64,000 bases of DNA from Octopus vulgaris (GCA_951406725.2 OX597814.1:171368001-171432000); one strand, 5' to 3'; numbered from the stretch's first letter, positions 13,147 through 26,786 are shown. The notes: a model not told the origin generated them from the letters alone. Program-made: numbers and translations.

Positions 13147-13733
13147 ACAGATGAGTGGTATAACAAGGCACCAATATTTACTGGAAAATAGCATTCGATA
13201 CAAATACGACGCTATTGTAAAGCTTCACTGCGTATATTATACTCGCAAATACGTGTATGCGTGCAACAAACATGAAAAATTTGTCTTACCTGTAAGAAGA
13301 ACATTCTAAATGGACAACCCAGAATCGGATAATGTGGGACCGGTTTCTGACTTTTCAAATACGTTTGACAACGTAAATTTGATCAGTCTTCATCAGCAGA
13401 CAATATTTCAAATGCTGCCACATCAATGCCAGTATACTCGCCTGAACGCCTAGCCGTTAACAGAACGAGAACAGTGAAACCGTTTTCGATGAAAAATATT
13501 GCAATACAAATGTATTACTTTCCAGTAAAATAAAGCCTCATAAGGGTAGAAGTATACATATAAAAACAGATGAGTGGTACAACAAGGCACCAATATTTAC
13601 TGGAAAATAGCAAACAATACAAATTCGACGTTATTGTAAAGCTTCCCTGCGTATATACTGGCAAAGACGTGTGTGTGCACCAAACATGAAAAATGTGTCT
13701 TACCTCTAGGAAGAACATTCGATAAATGGACAA
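13147..13733 (-). repeat. ~170-bp diverged direct repeats (period 419) bracketing a hammerhead motif
   Basis: Repeats at 13147-13317 and 13566-13733. Minus 13334-13400 reads CTGATGA A GACT...AGTC A GAAA CCGG TC; stem I is degenerate. Confidence 0.7.
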
Positions 13734-13759
13734 TGCAGGGATATATATATATGTATACA

Positions 13760-13990
13760 AAGGTGGCGAGCTGACAGAGACGTTAGCACGCCGGGCGAAA
13801 TGCTTTGCGGTATTTCGCCCGTCGCAACATTCTGTGTTCAAATTCCGCCGAGGTTGATTTTGCCTTTCATCCTTTCGGGGTCGATTAAATAAGTCCCAGT
13901 TACGCACTGGGGTCGATGTAATCGACTTAATCCGTTTGTCTGTCCTTGTTTGTCCCCTCTATGTTTAGCCCTTTGTGGGTAATAAAGAAA
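13760..13990 (+). mobile_element. SINE family M (tail type 1)
   Basis: Full head, core and TGTCCTTGTTTGTCCCC...AAAGAAA tail. Confidence 0.9.
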
Positions 13991-14009
13991 CATATATATA
14001 ATATGCGCA

Positions 14010-14510
14010 GGAAGCCTGTCGTATATATGTATATATATATATGTGCATGTGTGTGTGTTTGTGTGTCTGTGTTTGTTCCCCTAGCTTTTCTTGACAACCG
14101 ATGCTGGTGTGTTTACGTCCCCGTCACTTAGCGGTTCGGCAAAAGAGACCGATAGAATAAGTACTGGGCTTACAAAGAATAAGTCCCGGGGTCGAGTTGC
14201 TCGACTAAAGGCGGTGCTCCAGCATGGCCGCAGTCAAATGACTTGAAACAAGTAAAAGAGTAAAAGAGTAAAAGGATATATGTATACAACAGTGTATGTT
14301 TCTGTTTGCCCCTCTTCACCACTGCTTGATAACCGGTGTTGTGTTTACATCCCGCAATGTATCGTTTGAGCAAAAGAGGCCGATACAATAAGTACCCAGT
14401 TAAAAAATATATAAGTACTAGGGTCGATTCTTTTGAGTACAAAAACCCTTTAGGGCGGTGCGCCAGTATAGCCGGAGTCCAGTGACTAAAACAAGTGAAA
14501 GATAGAAGAT
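14010..14510 (+). mobile_element. Two tandem 3' halves of SINE family C
   Basis: GGCGGTGCTCCAGCATGGCCGCAGTCAAATGAC...TAAAAGAG tail at ~14210-14274; an older copy follows. Confidence 0.8.
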
Positions 14511-15275
14511 ACAAACCAGTGCATGGCTTTAGTATTGGTATATTGATTCTCCCGTGATAAAAAATATCAGGTTTATATAACAAGTATGATGCAAAGGAAC
14601 ACTTGTGTATTACAAAGCTTGGAAAAAGAGGTCTGACAAAAGAGTATTAAAACCAGAATTGTGAACAATCAATCAATATTCTACCTAAACACTAGTGTTC
14701 CTATAACGACATATTACCAGTTTGTGTTCAGAAAAGATTATCTCCTACGCTTGTGACCTCTTCAGTGACTCTCCATCCCACGTGTCTCCTCCTGTTCTGT
14801 TTTGTCCTTATCTCATAATTGTTTGCTGAAGACTTCAATGAGCTGGAAGGTAGCATTGAAATTGTGATATAATGTGATATAAATAAAAGAGAGAAGCAAC
14901 ATCGGTAAATTATGTCGATGGTAAATAAATAGTAGGTAGAAGAAAGAAATATGAACTGTAAAAGAGTTTTTCGATGCGTGTTCGGGAAGGAGAAGAGGAG
15001 GCGAAAGAGTGAAGTAAGAAGAGGAGGAGAAAGAAATGTACGTGATAAATAAAGAAGGAATGTTAAGGATAAAGTAATAAGTTTGGTAAATACAAAGTAG
15101 TCGTTGCGAGTTCTTTTTTCAATGTTTGCCTGCATTGTAACCATGCAGGTATATATACATACACACACACTCATATATATATATATATATATGGGTATAT
15201 ATGTGTGTGTGTATAAATGTATATATATGTGTATATAATATACACATATATATACATTTATACACACATATATAC

Positions 15276-15384
<109 letters not shown>

Positions 15385-15869
15385 ATTTCGGGATGGTCAT
15401 TTTCTTTTCCCGAATAAACACACGTACTACATATTATATATATTTTCACACGTATATTAATGTTCTAATTTTATCATTTCAACTCCTGTCCATTTTTCGG
15501 AAATCTTTCATCACACATCTGTGACCTCTTCAGTGACACTTTTCCTTTTCGTGTGTGTTCATGCTGCACTTCATTCTGTTCTTCTAAGATATGTATCCTT
15601 GTGTATGCATGCGTTTGTGTCCTTGTTTGTGTATGTGTGTGTGTGTTTATGTGTGTGTACGCTTGTGTGTATGTCATACTATTTAGCAGTGTGGCCTTCC
15701 CCTAAGCACCGTCCTCTACCCCCCCCCCCCCAAATATATAGTACAGTTCATGTATTCCTCTGAGTACGTGTGTTCGCCCAGGGTGTTGCCATCGTGGTCG
15801 TAGTTGTTGTTATTGCTATCGTTGTCACGGCCGTTGTTGTTGCTTCTTCTTCTTCTTCTTCTTCTTCTT

Positions 15870-15924
<55 letters not shown>

Positions 15925-16842
15925 CAAGAATTCACAACGATCTCGAATCCACAAGGGTAAACAAGAGGGAGATAGAGAAACAAGCAGAAACAAGGAAAAT
16001 CCTACTTGTATTTGAACAACATGCAAATATTCTTTAAAAAAACTTTTCTTTTAATTTAATTGTTTCCCACACTTACAGTTTGAATCTCTTCTCGTACATA
16101 CGTATACACGTACGTACGCATGTTTGTATGTATATATGTATTTCCTTGTACAAGCATGTGTTGCATGTCGGTGTGTGCTTGTATATGTACGAGTTCTTAA
16201 GTTCACGGTAAGTATAATATGTAAGAGAATGACGCGATAAGGATCGCGGTGACTGAGTGTGCTTCTCCATACATTGCTATATTTGTAAAAAGTCGATCAT
16301 AAGTATTGAGTCTTAAATAACCTATATTAATCAATCAACTATAATCTCTACATCTTGTGCTGCCCTTACTGCATTATCCATAAGTATTGATTATGTTAAT
16401 ATAATTTTAGGCACACACACACATTTACTCACTTACTCTTACACATCTACATACATCCAGGCGTACATATCTTGCGTACTGACATGTACTTTTGAAATAT
16501 GGTCCAAAGCAGATGTTCTTCGAAACACTAAAACATCGAAACATTTTCAGCAGTACCATCCTATAATCATTGAACGTCTCATACTAAGAAATGTTCAATT
16601 CCGCTAACTACTGTTCGATGAATATTCGAAATGTATGACTTTCCATGTTCATTCCGTAAAATCTTGTCCACCTCACCTTTTATCCTTCCAAGGAGAACCC
16701 AGTTAAACACTCTGGAAAGGATTGTGATGCGTCTCCAGTTGATGCAGTTTTCCAGGTTACTTTAACAGCAGAATTACACAAGACTTCTTTCTTTCAAGTT
16801 TATTGTGTAAATTTCTTCACTGATTTAATCCAAATTCCAACA

Positions 16843-17204
16843 ATGGAAAGTTGTTGGAACCCACCTTGTCTTCATAGGAATTATTCAAATATTTTGTTTT
16901 CTGATTTTGGCACAAGGCATGCAAGTCGATGGTATCGAACCATGTACTTTGATGGAAAGTTGTTGGAATCCACCTCTTCGTAGGAATTATTAAAATATTT
17001 TGTTTTCTGAGTTTAGCACAAGGTCTGCAAGTTTCAATGAAGCGGGAAAGTCGATTGTATCGAACCGTGTACTTTCATGAAAAGTTGTTGGAACCCACCT
17101 CTTTCTTCATAGGAATTATTCAAATATTTTGTTTTCTGATTTTGGCACAAGGCCTGCAAGTTTCAATGAAGCGTGCAAGTCGATGGTATCGAACCGTGTA
17201 CTTT
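16843..17204. repeat. Minisatellite of three ~110-130-bp units including a SINE-M tail fragment
   Basis: Units start at 16843, 16952 and 17077 (ATG(G/A)AAAGTTGTTGGAA...GCACAAGG...TATCGAACC). Confidence 0.85.
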
Positions 17205-17334
17205 ACTGGTATTATTTTATCAGAAATATTTTAATTCAGGATATAAAAAACTAGAAGAAATGCCGCTAAGTATTTTGCGTAATGTGCAAACGATTCATCA
17301 CCTTAAGAGTTCAAATAAAACATCGATAAAAACG

Positions 17335-17896
17335 TCTCCCTTTTCAAGCCTAGCCAGGCTCATGGGCCCGGTTTCCGGGTTTCTGTGGCGTATGTGTTCC
17401 TCCCAGCTGGACGGGACGCCAGTCCATCGCAGCGTTACTCAAGAAACAGGAAAAGAGGGTGAGAGAAAGTTATGGCGAAGAGCAGTACAACAGGAATCGC
17501 CCCCCACCTGCCAGAGCCTCGTGGTGCTTTTTTAGGTGTTTTTGCTCAATAAACACACAACGCCCGGTCTGGGAATCAAAACTGCGATCCTCTGACCGCG
17601 AGTCCGCTGCTCTAACCACTGGGTCATTGCGCCTCCACTAAAAATAAATGTGTTCTTTTAAAGCCTAGCCAGTCTCATGGGCCCGGTTTCCCGGTTTCAA
17701 TGACGTATGTGTTCCCCAGCTGGATAGGACGACAGTCCATCGCAGCGTTACTCATTTTTGCTAGCTGAGTGGACTGGAGCAACATGAAATGAAGTGTTTT
17801 GCTCAAGAACACAAAGCGTCGCCCGGTCCAGGAATCGAAATCACAATCTTACGATCATGATGCTGACACCCTAACCACTAAACCACGCGCCTCCAC
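17335..17896 (-). mobile_element. Tandem SINE pair: head B + tail X directly followed by head A + tail X
   Basis: Both start GTGGAGGCGC on the minus strand. Tail X contains GCGATGGACTGGCGTCCCGTCCAG, recalled as V-domain-like. Confidence 0.85.
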
Positions 17897-18471
17897 AAAA
17901 GTTCAAATAATTACATAAAAATGGATAACATTCAATGTATGCATGTAAACATGCATACTTAAGTTTGTACATATGTGTGTGTGTGTGTGTGTGTATATAC
18001 AGGCAATCATGCAGATAAACAAATCGAATAACGTAACAGTAGATAAAAAATTCTATGGCGACAAACGCGTGTGCTACACGTGTGTCACTAAGTAAATGTT
18101 TGAAAGTGAAAAGGTGTCTAATTTGGGCACAAAACCATCAGTTTTGAAGAGAGAACATTTATCGATTATCTCGCTCTCCAGCTCACTAGTGATACTTTAT
18201 CTTATTGCGTCCGGAGAGATGAAAGGTTAAGCTGACTTCGGAAGCATTTGCGCCCAGAATGTTAAAAACAGAAAGGCATACTGAGGAGCAATTTTCCTAC
18301 GTTTTTAAAGATTCTATCAGTTTGCCGTCTAATTAAACTGACAAAAGTAAATATATAAATAGATAAATACCTACCTACCTACCTACCTACCTACCTACCT
18401 ACCTACCTACCGATCTACCTACCTACATACATACATACATACATACATACATACATACATACACCCACACA

Positions 18472-18504
<33 letters not shown>

Positions 18505-18549
18505 TTATACATACATTCATACATACATGTTTTTAAAAAATTATTGTTT

Positions 18550-18884
18550 AATGTGTTCTTCCCAGCTGGACGGGACGCCAGTCCATCGCAACGTTACTCA
18601 AGAAACAGGAAGAGAGAGCGAGAGAATGTTGTGGCGAAAGAGTACAACATGGGTCGCCACCAACCCCTGCCGGAGCACTGTGGAGCTTTTAGGTGTTTTC
18701 GCTCAATAAACACACATAACGCCCGGTCTGGGAATCGAAACCGCAATCCTTCGACTGCAAGTCCACTGCCCTAACCACTGGGCCATTGCGCCTGCATTAA
18801 AAATAAATGCGCCCTTTTAAAGCCTAGCCAGGCTCATGGGCCCGGTTTCCCGGTTTCGATGGCGTATGTGTTCCCCAGCTGGAC
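18550..18884 (-). mobile_element. Truncated second copy of the tail X / head A + X tandem
   Basis: Same junction (...AAAAGGGCGCATTTATTTT then head A) as at ~17640. Confidence 0.8.
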
Positions 18885-19844
18885 AAGCGTTTGTCCCCAT
18901 AAAATTTCAGTGTGTGTGGATGTATGCATGTGTGTATGAGCATGGAAGTACATGTGTGTGTGTATATGTGTGTGCTTGCATGTGCGTTTTGTTTTAAATT
19001 GTCTTATGGTTTGGGTTTGTAATTTAAGTTTTACATGTACAATATTTGTTACTCGTTATGTACTTTAAATGCTTTGTATTTTCGTGACTAATAAAGAAAT
19101 TATTATAATAATAATAGTTATTCTTGTTATCATTATTATCGTTGTTCTTATCCTTATTGGATCATTTCGTAAAAAAAAAATAATAAAAACACACCAAAAG
19201 ATCGCTAGAAGTGTTATTCAGATCTTCTTACCCCCTCTCTCTCTCCTTCTCTCTATTCTCTCTGAAAGAAGCAAAATAAATAAATAGAAATAAAAAAATA
19301 TCCATTTTTCGAACAAGTAGCCTCTCCTATCACTCGATAGTTTTTCGCTCCTGCTGACCATGTCTGTGCTATGAGGGGACGGATAAACACATGGGTTTCA
19401 CTCGGAATGAAGCTCACTTGTTAAGCGATCATCAGATAACTCAGTATATAAATGCTATGCGAGCCCATGTTTCCTTAGCCGCATAGACTCGCTCTCCCTC
19501 TGGCTAATTTGCATTGTTAGTGTTTCGTTTGGTCAGACGGAACAAATAAGGGTAATAGAGTTGTTTCGAAACGGTCTAGACATCGAAGCTAGGACAAGTA
19601 GCGTAGTTATGGGTTAGGGGCTATTGGGAGCGGCACTTTTGGATCTTCTGCAATTTTGGATTTGCCCGGGAAGCAAACTGAAGGGCTGCCACATGTGGCA
19701 CACATTCTCGTTACGCACTACTGGTTTCAGCAATGTTGGAGGTGAACAGCAGGGAATACAGTACCATGAGATTCTCGGCCGTTTACTTCCTTATCGTTTT
19801 CTACTTGGAATGTTTTCCTTCTGTTTACGCTATAACAGTTTCGA

Positions 19845-20288
19845 ATTTTGACACAAAGCTAGCAAGTTTGAAGGAGAGGTGAAAGCCAGAGGCGAGCGAG
19901 TCTATGCGGCTAAGGAAACTTGGGCTCGCATAACATTTATGCACTGAGTTATCTGAGATCGTTTAACAAGTGAGCTTCATCGATCCCGAAAAGATGAAAG
20001 GTAAAGTCGACCTCGGCGGAATTTGAACTCAGAACGTAACGGCAGACGAAATGCCTATTTCTTTACTACCCACAAGGGGCTAAACACAGAGAGGACAAAC
20101 AAGGACAGACAAACGGATCAAGCCGATTACATCGACCCCAGTGCGCAACTGGTATTTAATTTATCGACCCCGAAAGGATGAAAGGCAAAGTCGACCTTGG
20201 GGGAATTTGAACTCAGAACGTAAAGACGGACGAATTACCGCTAAGCATTCTGCTCAGTGTGCTAACGACTCTGCCAGCTCGCCGCCTT
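19845..20288 (-). mobile_element. Nested SINE-M pair, older copy interrupted by an inverted local insert
   Basis: Full tail-1 copy at 20056-20288, partial body at 19981-20055, old tail at 19845-19883. Confidence 0.75.
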
Positions 20289-20321
20289 ATTTACGCAGTT
20301 AATACTTACGAATCAAGTATA

Positions 20322-20533
20322 GTGGTGAGCAGGCAAAATCGTTAGCAACGCTGGACAAAAATGCTTAGCGACATTTCGTCCGTCCTTACGTTCTGAGTTC
20401 AAATTCCGCCCAAGTCGACGCTGCCTTTATCTTTTCAGTTTCAATAAAATAAGTACCAGTTGAGCACTAGGTTCGCTGTAATCGACTTACCCGCTCTCTA
20501 GAATTTTCTGGCCTTGTGCCAAAATTTGAATAC
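20322..20533 (+). mobile_element. SINE family M (tail type 2)
   Basis: Head, B-box GAGTTCAAATTCC, core and GGCCTTGTGCCAAAATTTGAA tail. Confidence 0.8.
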
Positions 20534-20859
20534 CACGAGCAAAGCATAAGCATTAGATGTAGATTTGTGATTTTGTACTTCAAATAACGTCTTCCTTCCC
20601 TGCTGTTACAACCAGTTTTAGTTGATTCTGGCCTGGAGTTGCATAGAAAATAGATCATTAATTCAACAAAGCCAAATTCATCCATCATATACATTCTTCA
20701 TGATATTTGATGAAAGTAGAATTTCTCACTCCACCCTGAAGGTTTGTTTGGGAAGGAAATGCCCAGCAACGTAGCTAGAGTGTGTATACTACCCAGAGCA
20801 ACCTTTGAGTTTATTGTCCATGTATGCAGAATTTTGCAGCAGACACCAGAGTGCCAATT

Positions 20860-21195
20860 TCCGTTCCCCACTCCTATAGAAGCGTCAGCCGGGTCGGATC
20901 ACTCGCATGTCCTCTCCACCTTAGTTACACCTTATTCTTGCTCTTTTCAAGTGTGTCTACCGTGGTATTTCATTTATCGTAGCCACCAACCGAAGAAAAC
21001 TAATCACCCATTTCTTGCCAAATGTGCTGCTAGGGTGATCTTAGCGTGGACTCGGTAGACAGCTGGCTCCTTCGTACATGTAACATCTGCTGTTCTGCAT
21101 AAGTCGGAAAATGACGTACACAGAATATCGGAAACAAAAAAGAAACGTTTTGGCCGTTGTCTTGCATTTCGGACAGACCTGATCAATGGCAATTT
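20860..21195 (-). pseudogene. Highly decayed Tx1/L1-like LINE 3' fragment
   Basis: Broken peptides VCPKCK, QLSTES, FLRLVATI, HLKR..KVER resemble the better copy at 63105-63420. Confidence 0.5.
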
Positions 21196-21233
21196 AGGTG
21201 CCTTTAGAAATTAAGGGGAAATTACACACACAC

Positions 21234-21866
<633 letters not shown>

Positions 21867-21955
21867 TGATTGATTGATTGATTGATTCTAGTTTCAGCTT
21901 ATGAGCTGTGGCCATGCTGGGGCACCGCCATTTGGTGTTGCTACTTGGTTTCACT

Positions 21956-24900
21956 TCATGGAGGCTTTCTAGCAACTGCTATTTGGTGCATGAGAGAGTT
22001 CGATGCAGCTGCCCTCATCTGCCCCTCCTGCCGTGAAGTTGGTTCATCTGGGACACCTGACAGGAAGAGATCCAGCTTCATTTTAAAGACATCTGTATCC
22101 ACCCCATGCAGGTCTCTCAGGTTCTTCGGGAGGATATTGAAGAGCTGTGGGCCTCGGAAGCCCAGGCTATCACAGAATCTTGTCCTACATCTTGATGGCA
22201 GGTTTGGAGTCCTAGGCACCACGCAGTGGCGCCCAGTTCTGGCATTTGCGTAACTCTCGATGCCAAAGTTCAGGACACTTCCCTCCAGGATCTTCCAGAT
22301 GTATATTATGGCATATCTTTCCCGCCTACGCTCCAGGGAATATAATTTTAATCTCTTGAGTCTTTCCCAGTAGCTTACATTCTGCATAGAGGCTATCTTC
22401 TTTGTGTAGCTTCGTTGGATCGCCTCAAGTTCTGTGATCAACTTGACACTGGATGGTGACCATAGCTGAGAGCAATAGTCAAAGTGGCTTAGGACAAGTG
22501 TCTTCCAGAGGACCATCATGGTTTCTTGTTCTCTTGTTCTAAAGGTTCTAAGAATCCATCCAGCCAGCCGTCTACATTTCATTGTCAGTTTAGCAACATG
22601 TACATGAAAGGTCGCGTCATCACTCATGTGAATACCCAGGTCACGCACTGATTGTGCCTCTGGGATTGCAATCCCTCCGGGTCCAGTGTATTCATTGGGT
22701 ATTGCATTCAGTTTTGCATGCTGATAGTATAAAGCTTGAAACTTTCCAGCATTGAACTGCATGCTATTCTTTTCAGCCCACTTGTATATTTCGTCCAGCT
22801 CACATTGCAGGTGTTTAGTGTCCTCAGGGTTCTGTATTGCCTGTGAAACTTTTGTATCATCTGCATAACTTGTGATCGTGGCTCTCTGCGTGGCTGAGGG
22901 CATGTCTGAGAGGGCCATTATGAACAGTAGTGGTCCCAGAACAGTGCCCTGCGGAACACCGCTCACTATTTGTGTGTTAATGGAGGTGGCCCCATTGGCT
23001 ACTACCACCTGACTTCTATCCTTCAGAAAGTCATGAAGCCATTCTCCCAGTTTTCCAACTATGTTGAGATCACGCAGTTTGTGACATATCATTCCATGAT
23101 CGACTTTATCAAAGGCCTTTGCAAAGTCGAGATATATCACTTCCACATTTGAGTGGTTGAGCAGCCGTTTCAGCACCCAGTCATAGTGTTGTAGGAGCTG
23201 AGTTAAACAGCTTCTCCCTGGTCGGAAACCATGTTGGGTGTCGGGCAGCAAGTCATTCTCTTCAAGGAAGGTGATCAGCTTCCTTCTGACTATTCGTTCC
23301 ATGACCTTGCTGATGTGTGAGGTCAGAGAGATAGGTCTATAGTTCTTGGCTTCCGCTCTGCTACCTCCTTTATGAATGGGGCATATTTTACCTTCCTTCA
23401 GTTTTCCTGGAAGTTTGCCAGCTGCAAGGAAGCTCTGAAAGAGGAACTGCAGTGGTCTTGCTAGGACTCTCTTACATGCTTTTAGGAGGATTGCCAGGAA
23501 TCCATCGGGGCCAGTAGCTGAGTCTGTTTTCATTTCATCTATAGCCTTGGTTACATCGTCTTCCTTTATATCGATGTAATCTATCGTCGCCGCCTCTGAT
23601 TTTATATCTGCAGTGGTAAAAAAGTCAGTTGGATTGGTGATTTGGAGATGCCCAAGGGGTGGAGTGAAAACACTCTTGAATTGCTCATTCAGTATTTCAC
23701 TTACCCTCATTGGTTTTCCTGTAAGTGTGCCATCCTTTTCGAGGAGTGGCCCTATTCTACAGTGCACTGTAGCTGTTTCTTTGGCATACCTGTAGAAAGC
23801 TCTGGGGTTAGATTTTATGTTTTCTATAGCCCAGGCTTCTTTGTCTGCTCTTTCTTTTTCATGGGAGAGTTGCAGACATTTTTCGATTTCCAACAGTTTT
23901 ATTTTTAGGCGGGACTTTTCACTGCTTTCAATCTGTTTGTTTAGGCGATTTGAAAATTTCGTACGCCGTCTCATTAAAATTTTCCTCTCTCTGGGGATTT
24001 TGTTCTTGTGTACAGTGGCCTTTCTCTCTGGGACACATTTGTAGCATATGGCTTGCATTACAGACATGAATTGTTGAAGTTTCACGTCGATGTCTGGCGA
24101 GGAGAGACATTTAGGCCAGTTTTGTTTGAGGATCTCTTTCTCAATTTGTTTCCAGTTTGCCTTATGGTAGTTCAAGCTGGAAAGATTTTGAGGGTTTCTT
24201 GTAGGCTGCATGTCCGTGCTCTCTTTTGGCCCGTACATGGTCAGCTCTATCATGTTGTGATCCGAGAGTAGTGTCGGTGTCACTTTCACATTATGGATGA
24301 GATCCATGTCATTTGTGAAGCAGAGATCCAGTGTGTTACCTGCCCTGGTTGGTTGGAGTATTACCTGCTCCATGTACAGGGTGTTGATGAGGTTCAGGAG
24401 GGACCTCGCCTGTCCTCGTTCACATCTTGTCATTCCTGGGAGAGAAAGGCCCTCGGGCCATCTGACATTGGGCAGATTGAAGTCTCCCATAAGAAGCACA
24501 CCTATGTGTTGTTCTAATGTGGTTAGAATTTCTTCTATTTTTATAAGGCAGTCTTCAAACTTGCCCACATGGCTTGGGGCATCTGGAGGGCGATATGTAG
24601 CACACACAACTACATCAAGTTGCCTAATATGTACAATTAGTGTGTCACACACCGAGTTTGAGTATGACAAGAGGACCTGGGGTGTGAGGTCCTCACGGAT
24701 GTACATAGCAACACCTCCATGGCTCCTTTCTTTCCTGTCGGTCCGTAGTACAGCATACTGTGGTATGTGTAACTCCGCATCTGCTATGTCCGGTTTCAGG
24801 TGCGTTTCTGTAAGTGCTATGCATAAGGCTTGATTGCATGCAACAAAGTCTCTCAGGAACGGGATCTTTGTCCTGTTACTGAGTGTTTGCAGTCCTCTGA

Positions 24901-25060
24901 TGTTCAGTAGGAGTATCGAGGTGAGGTGTACGTTGTTGCCGGCGGTGTCCATCCTGTGTCTGTTTGCTGTGGTGGTCTGGTATATAGTGGGTAGTCCCAC
25001 CTGCGGGCTTGGGTTTGATGAAGCCAGGTCAGCTGCTGTACAATCTTTTGTGCCATGCAC
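21956..25060 (-). CDS. LINE ORF2: apurinic-like endonuclease + reverse transcriptase (first ATG at 24952; the track start is GTG)
   Basis: APE motifs LNIRGL, LTETHL, MGDFN, TLDLCF, LSDH; RT motifs [42 protein letters not shown]; CR1-like C-terminus SYWERL...LERRR, FKMKLD. Confidence 0.96.
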   Translation of the reverse strand: MHGTKDCTAADLASSNPSPQVGLPTIYQTTTANRHRMDTAGNNVHLTSILLLNIRGLQTLSNRTKIPFLRDFVACNQALCIALTETHLKPDIADAELHIPQYAVLRTDRKERSHGGVAMYIREDLTPQVLLSYSNSVCDTLIVHIRQLDVVVCATYRPPDAPSHVGKFEDCLIKIEEILTTLEQHIGVLLMGDFNLPNVRWPEGLSLPGMTRCERGQARSLLNLINTLYMEQVILQPTRAGNTLDLCFTNDMDLIHNVKVTPTLLSDHNMIELTMYGPKESTDMQPTRNPQNLSSLNYHKANWKQIEKEILKQNWPKCLSSPDIDVKLQQFMSVMQAICYKCVPERKATVHKNKIPRERKILMRRRTKFSNRLNKQIESSEKSRLKIKLLEIEKCLQLSHEKERADKEAWAIENIKSNPRAFYRYAKETATVHCRIGPLLEKDGTLTGKPMRVSEILNEQFKSVFTPPLGHLQITNPTDFFTTADIKSEAATIDYIDIKEDDVTKAIDEMKTDSATGPDGFLAILLKACKRVLARPLQFLFQSFLAAGKLPGKLKEGKICPIHKGGSRAEAKNYRPISLTSHISKVMERIVRRKLITFLEENDLLPDTQHGFRPGRSCLTQLLQHYDWVLKRLLNHSNVEVIYLDFAKAFDKVDHGMICHKLRDLNIVGKLGEWLHDFLKDRSQVVVANGATSINTQIVSGVPQGTVLGPLLFIMALSDMPSATQRATITSYADDTKVSQAIQNPEDTKHLQCELDEIYKWAEKNSMQFNAGKFQALYYQHAKLNAIPNEYTGPGGIAIPEAQSVRDLGIHMSDDATFHVHVAKLTMKCRRLAGWILRTFRTREQETMMVLWKTLVLSHFDYCSQLWSPSSVKLITELEAIQRSYTKKIASMQNVSYWERLKRLKLYSLERRRERYAIIYIWKILEGSVLNFGIESYANARTGRHCVVPRTPNLPSRCRTRFCDSLGFRGPQLFNILPKNLRDLHGVDTDVFKMKLDLFLSGVPDEPTSRQEGQMRAAASNSLMHQIAVARKPP

Positions 25061-25422
25061 AAAAAAGATTGTTGCTCAGCAACTGCTCTTTCGACAACAT
25101 CATGTTGGCTGTTTGTGGCGCGCACAACATCTGCGTACCTCCGCTTTGGGGCAGGTGGTGCGTAGTCCATCCCTTTTCTTTGTGTTGATGGTTTGTCCAT
25201 CTGCCTCGTGTCTCTGTGGCAGGGTCCCCGATGTGCAAAGCGGCAGCCTGCACCTTCCTTTCCGTGCCAGCAGGAACCTCTCAGGTAGAACATACACACC
25301 CGTGTGCGCTGTTTGGTTCCATCCTTTGCGGTTCTACTTCTATTCCTGGTTGTTTCACTCTTTGGTCCTGCTTGAGCTTTTTCTTTTCCTTTAGCTCTTC
25401 CAGTCCTTCTTTTAGTTCTTCT
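24904..25422 (-). CDS. LINE ORF1 C-terminal part with CCCH zinc finger (5' truncated and frameshifted)
   Basis: Frame open 25422-24904: basic stretch then [22 protein letters not shown]; overlaps ORF2. Confidence 0.65.
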   Translation of the reverse strand, partial: RRTKRRTGRAKGKEKAQAGPKSETTRNRSRTAKDGTKQRTRVCMFYLRGSCWHGKEGAGCRFAHRGPCHRDTRQMDKPSTQRKGMDYAPPAPKRRYADVVRATNSQHDVVERAVAEQQSFLCMAQKIVQQLTWLHQTQARRWDYPLYTRPPQQTDTGWTPPATTYTSPRYSY

Positions 25423-25560
25423 TCAATCCCTCTACCTCTTCACCGGGTTCTCCGTCTCCATGGCCCTTGCTGCCGGTTGGAGAACTTGCACCTGGGTTCA
25501 CTTCCCGGGCAGGTTTCTCATTCAAAACCTCCTCCTGGGCGTCCACCAGGTGGGGGTGAC

Positions 25561-26090
<530 letters not shown>

Positions 26091-26164
26091 TATACACATA
26101 CATATATATATATGTATATATATATACTAGTGAGGGCTAGTGGCATTTAGTAAAACTATCGAAT

Positions 26165-26229
26165 ATAGCGCCGATGACGGAATTCAAACTGATTTCCACG
26201 TTTGCGATCCAGAAACATATGTCCGCTAT
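26165..26229 (+). ncRNA. Type I hammerhead, CCGAUGA core variant
   Basis: ATAGCG CCGATGA C GGA...TCC A GAAA CATATG TC CGCTAT; 6-bp stem I and palindromic stem III. Confidence 0.78.
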
Positions 26230-26721
26230 TAACGGTAAGTGATTGAATTCGTATATTTGCCACTCCGGTTTTGTGTATGTGAGCCGTAAGGGCCTTCGTT
26301 TTTGGATTCTCCACTTATAGAAATTGGAAAAACGGTCTTTGACTGCCATTTCTAATTCCTTCGGTATGAGGTGAAACAGCCTGCTGTTAACCTTCTTATT
26401 TTTCTTTACTATATACTGAACCTTGCAAAGGTCTTGACAATTAATTTGTCGTATTTACATACCGAAATTTACCGGTAAATAATTGTTGGTTACATGATAA
26501 ACCACAGGAAAATTATTTACCATTTTTACCATTTTTATTGAATTACCATGTGGATTCCTCATTCCATTACGATTACCCAGAAAGCGCGCATGGCAGAATT
26601 TTGGAGGGAAAATTTACGTTCCCGGTCGCCACTTAGTTTTAAAATCTGCACTCTTCCCCCCACTATCTGATGTCGCTGGGTCAGAAGTGAGGGCTAGTGG
26701 CATTTAGTAAAACTATCGAAT

Positions 26722-26786
26722 ATAGCGCCGATGACGGAATTCAAACTGATTTCCACGTTTGCGATCCAGAAACATATGTCCGCTAT
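26722..26786 (+). ncRNA. Type I hammerhead, CCGAUGA core variant (second copy)
   Basis: Same sequence as 26165-26229. Confidence 0.78.

Noticed and set aside
16843-17204. CRISPR-like array
   Set aside because: Whole units are repeated with no unique spacers, and the context is eukaryotic.
21882-25394. Plus-strand ORFs overlapping the LINE
   Set aside because: Antisense shadows of the intact ORF2/ORF1 with no independent motifs.
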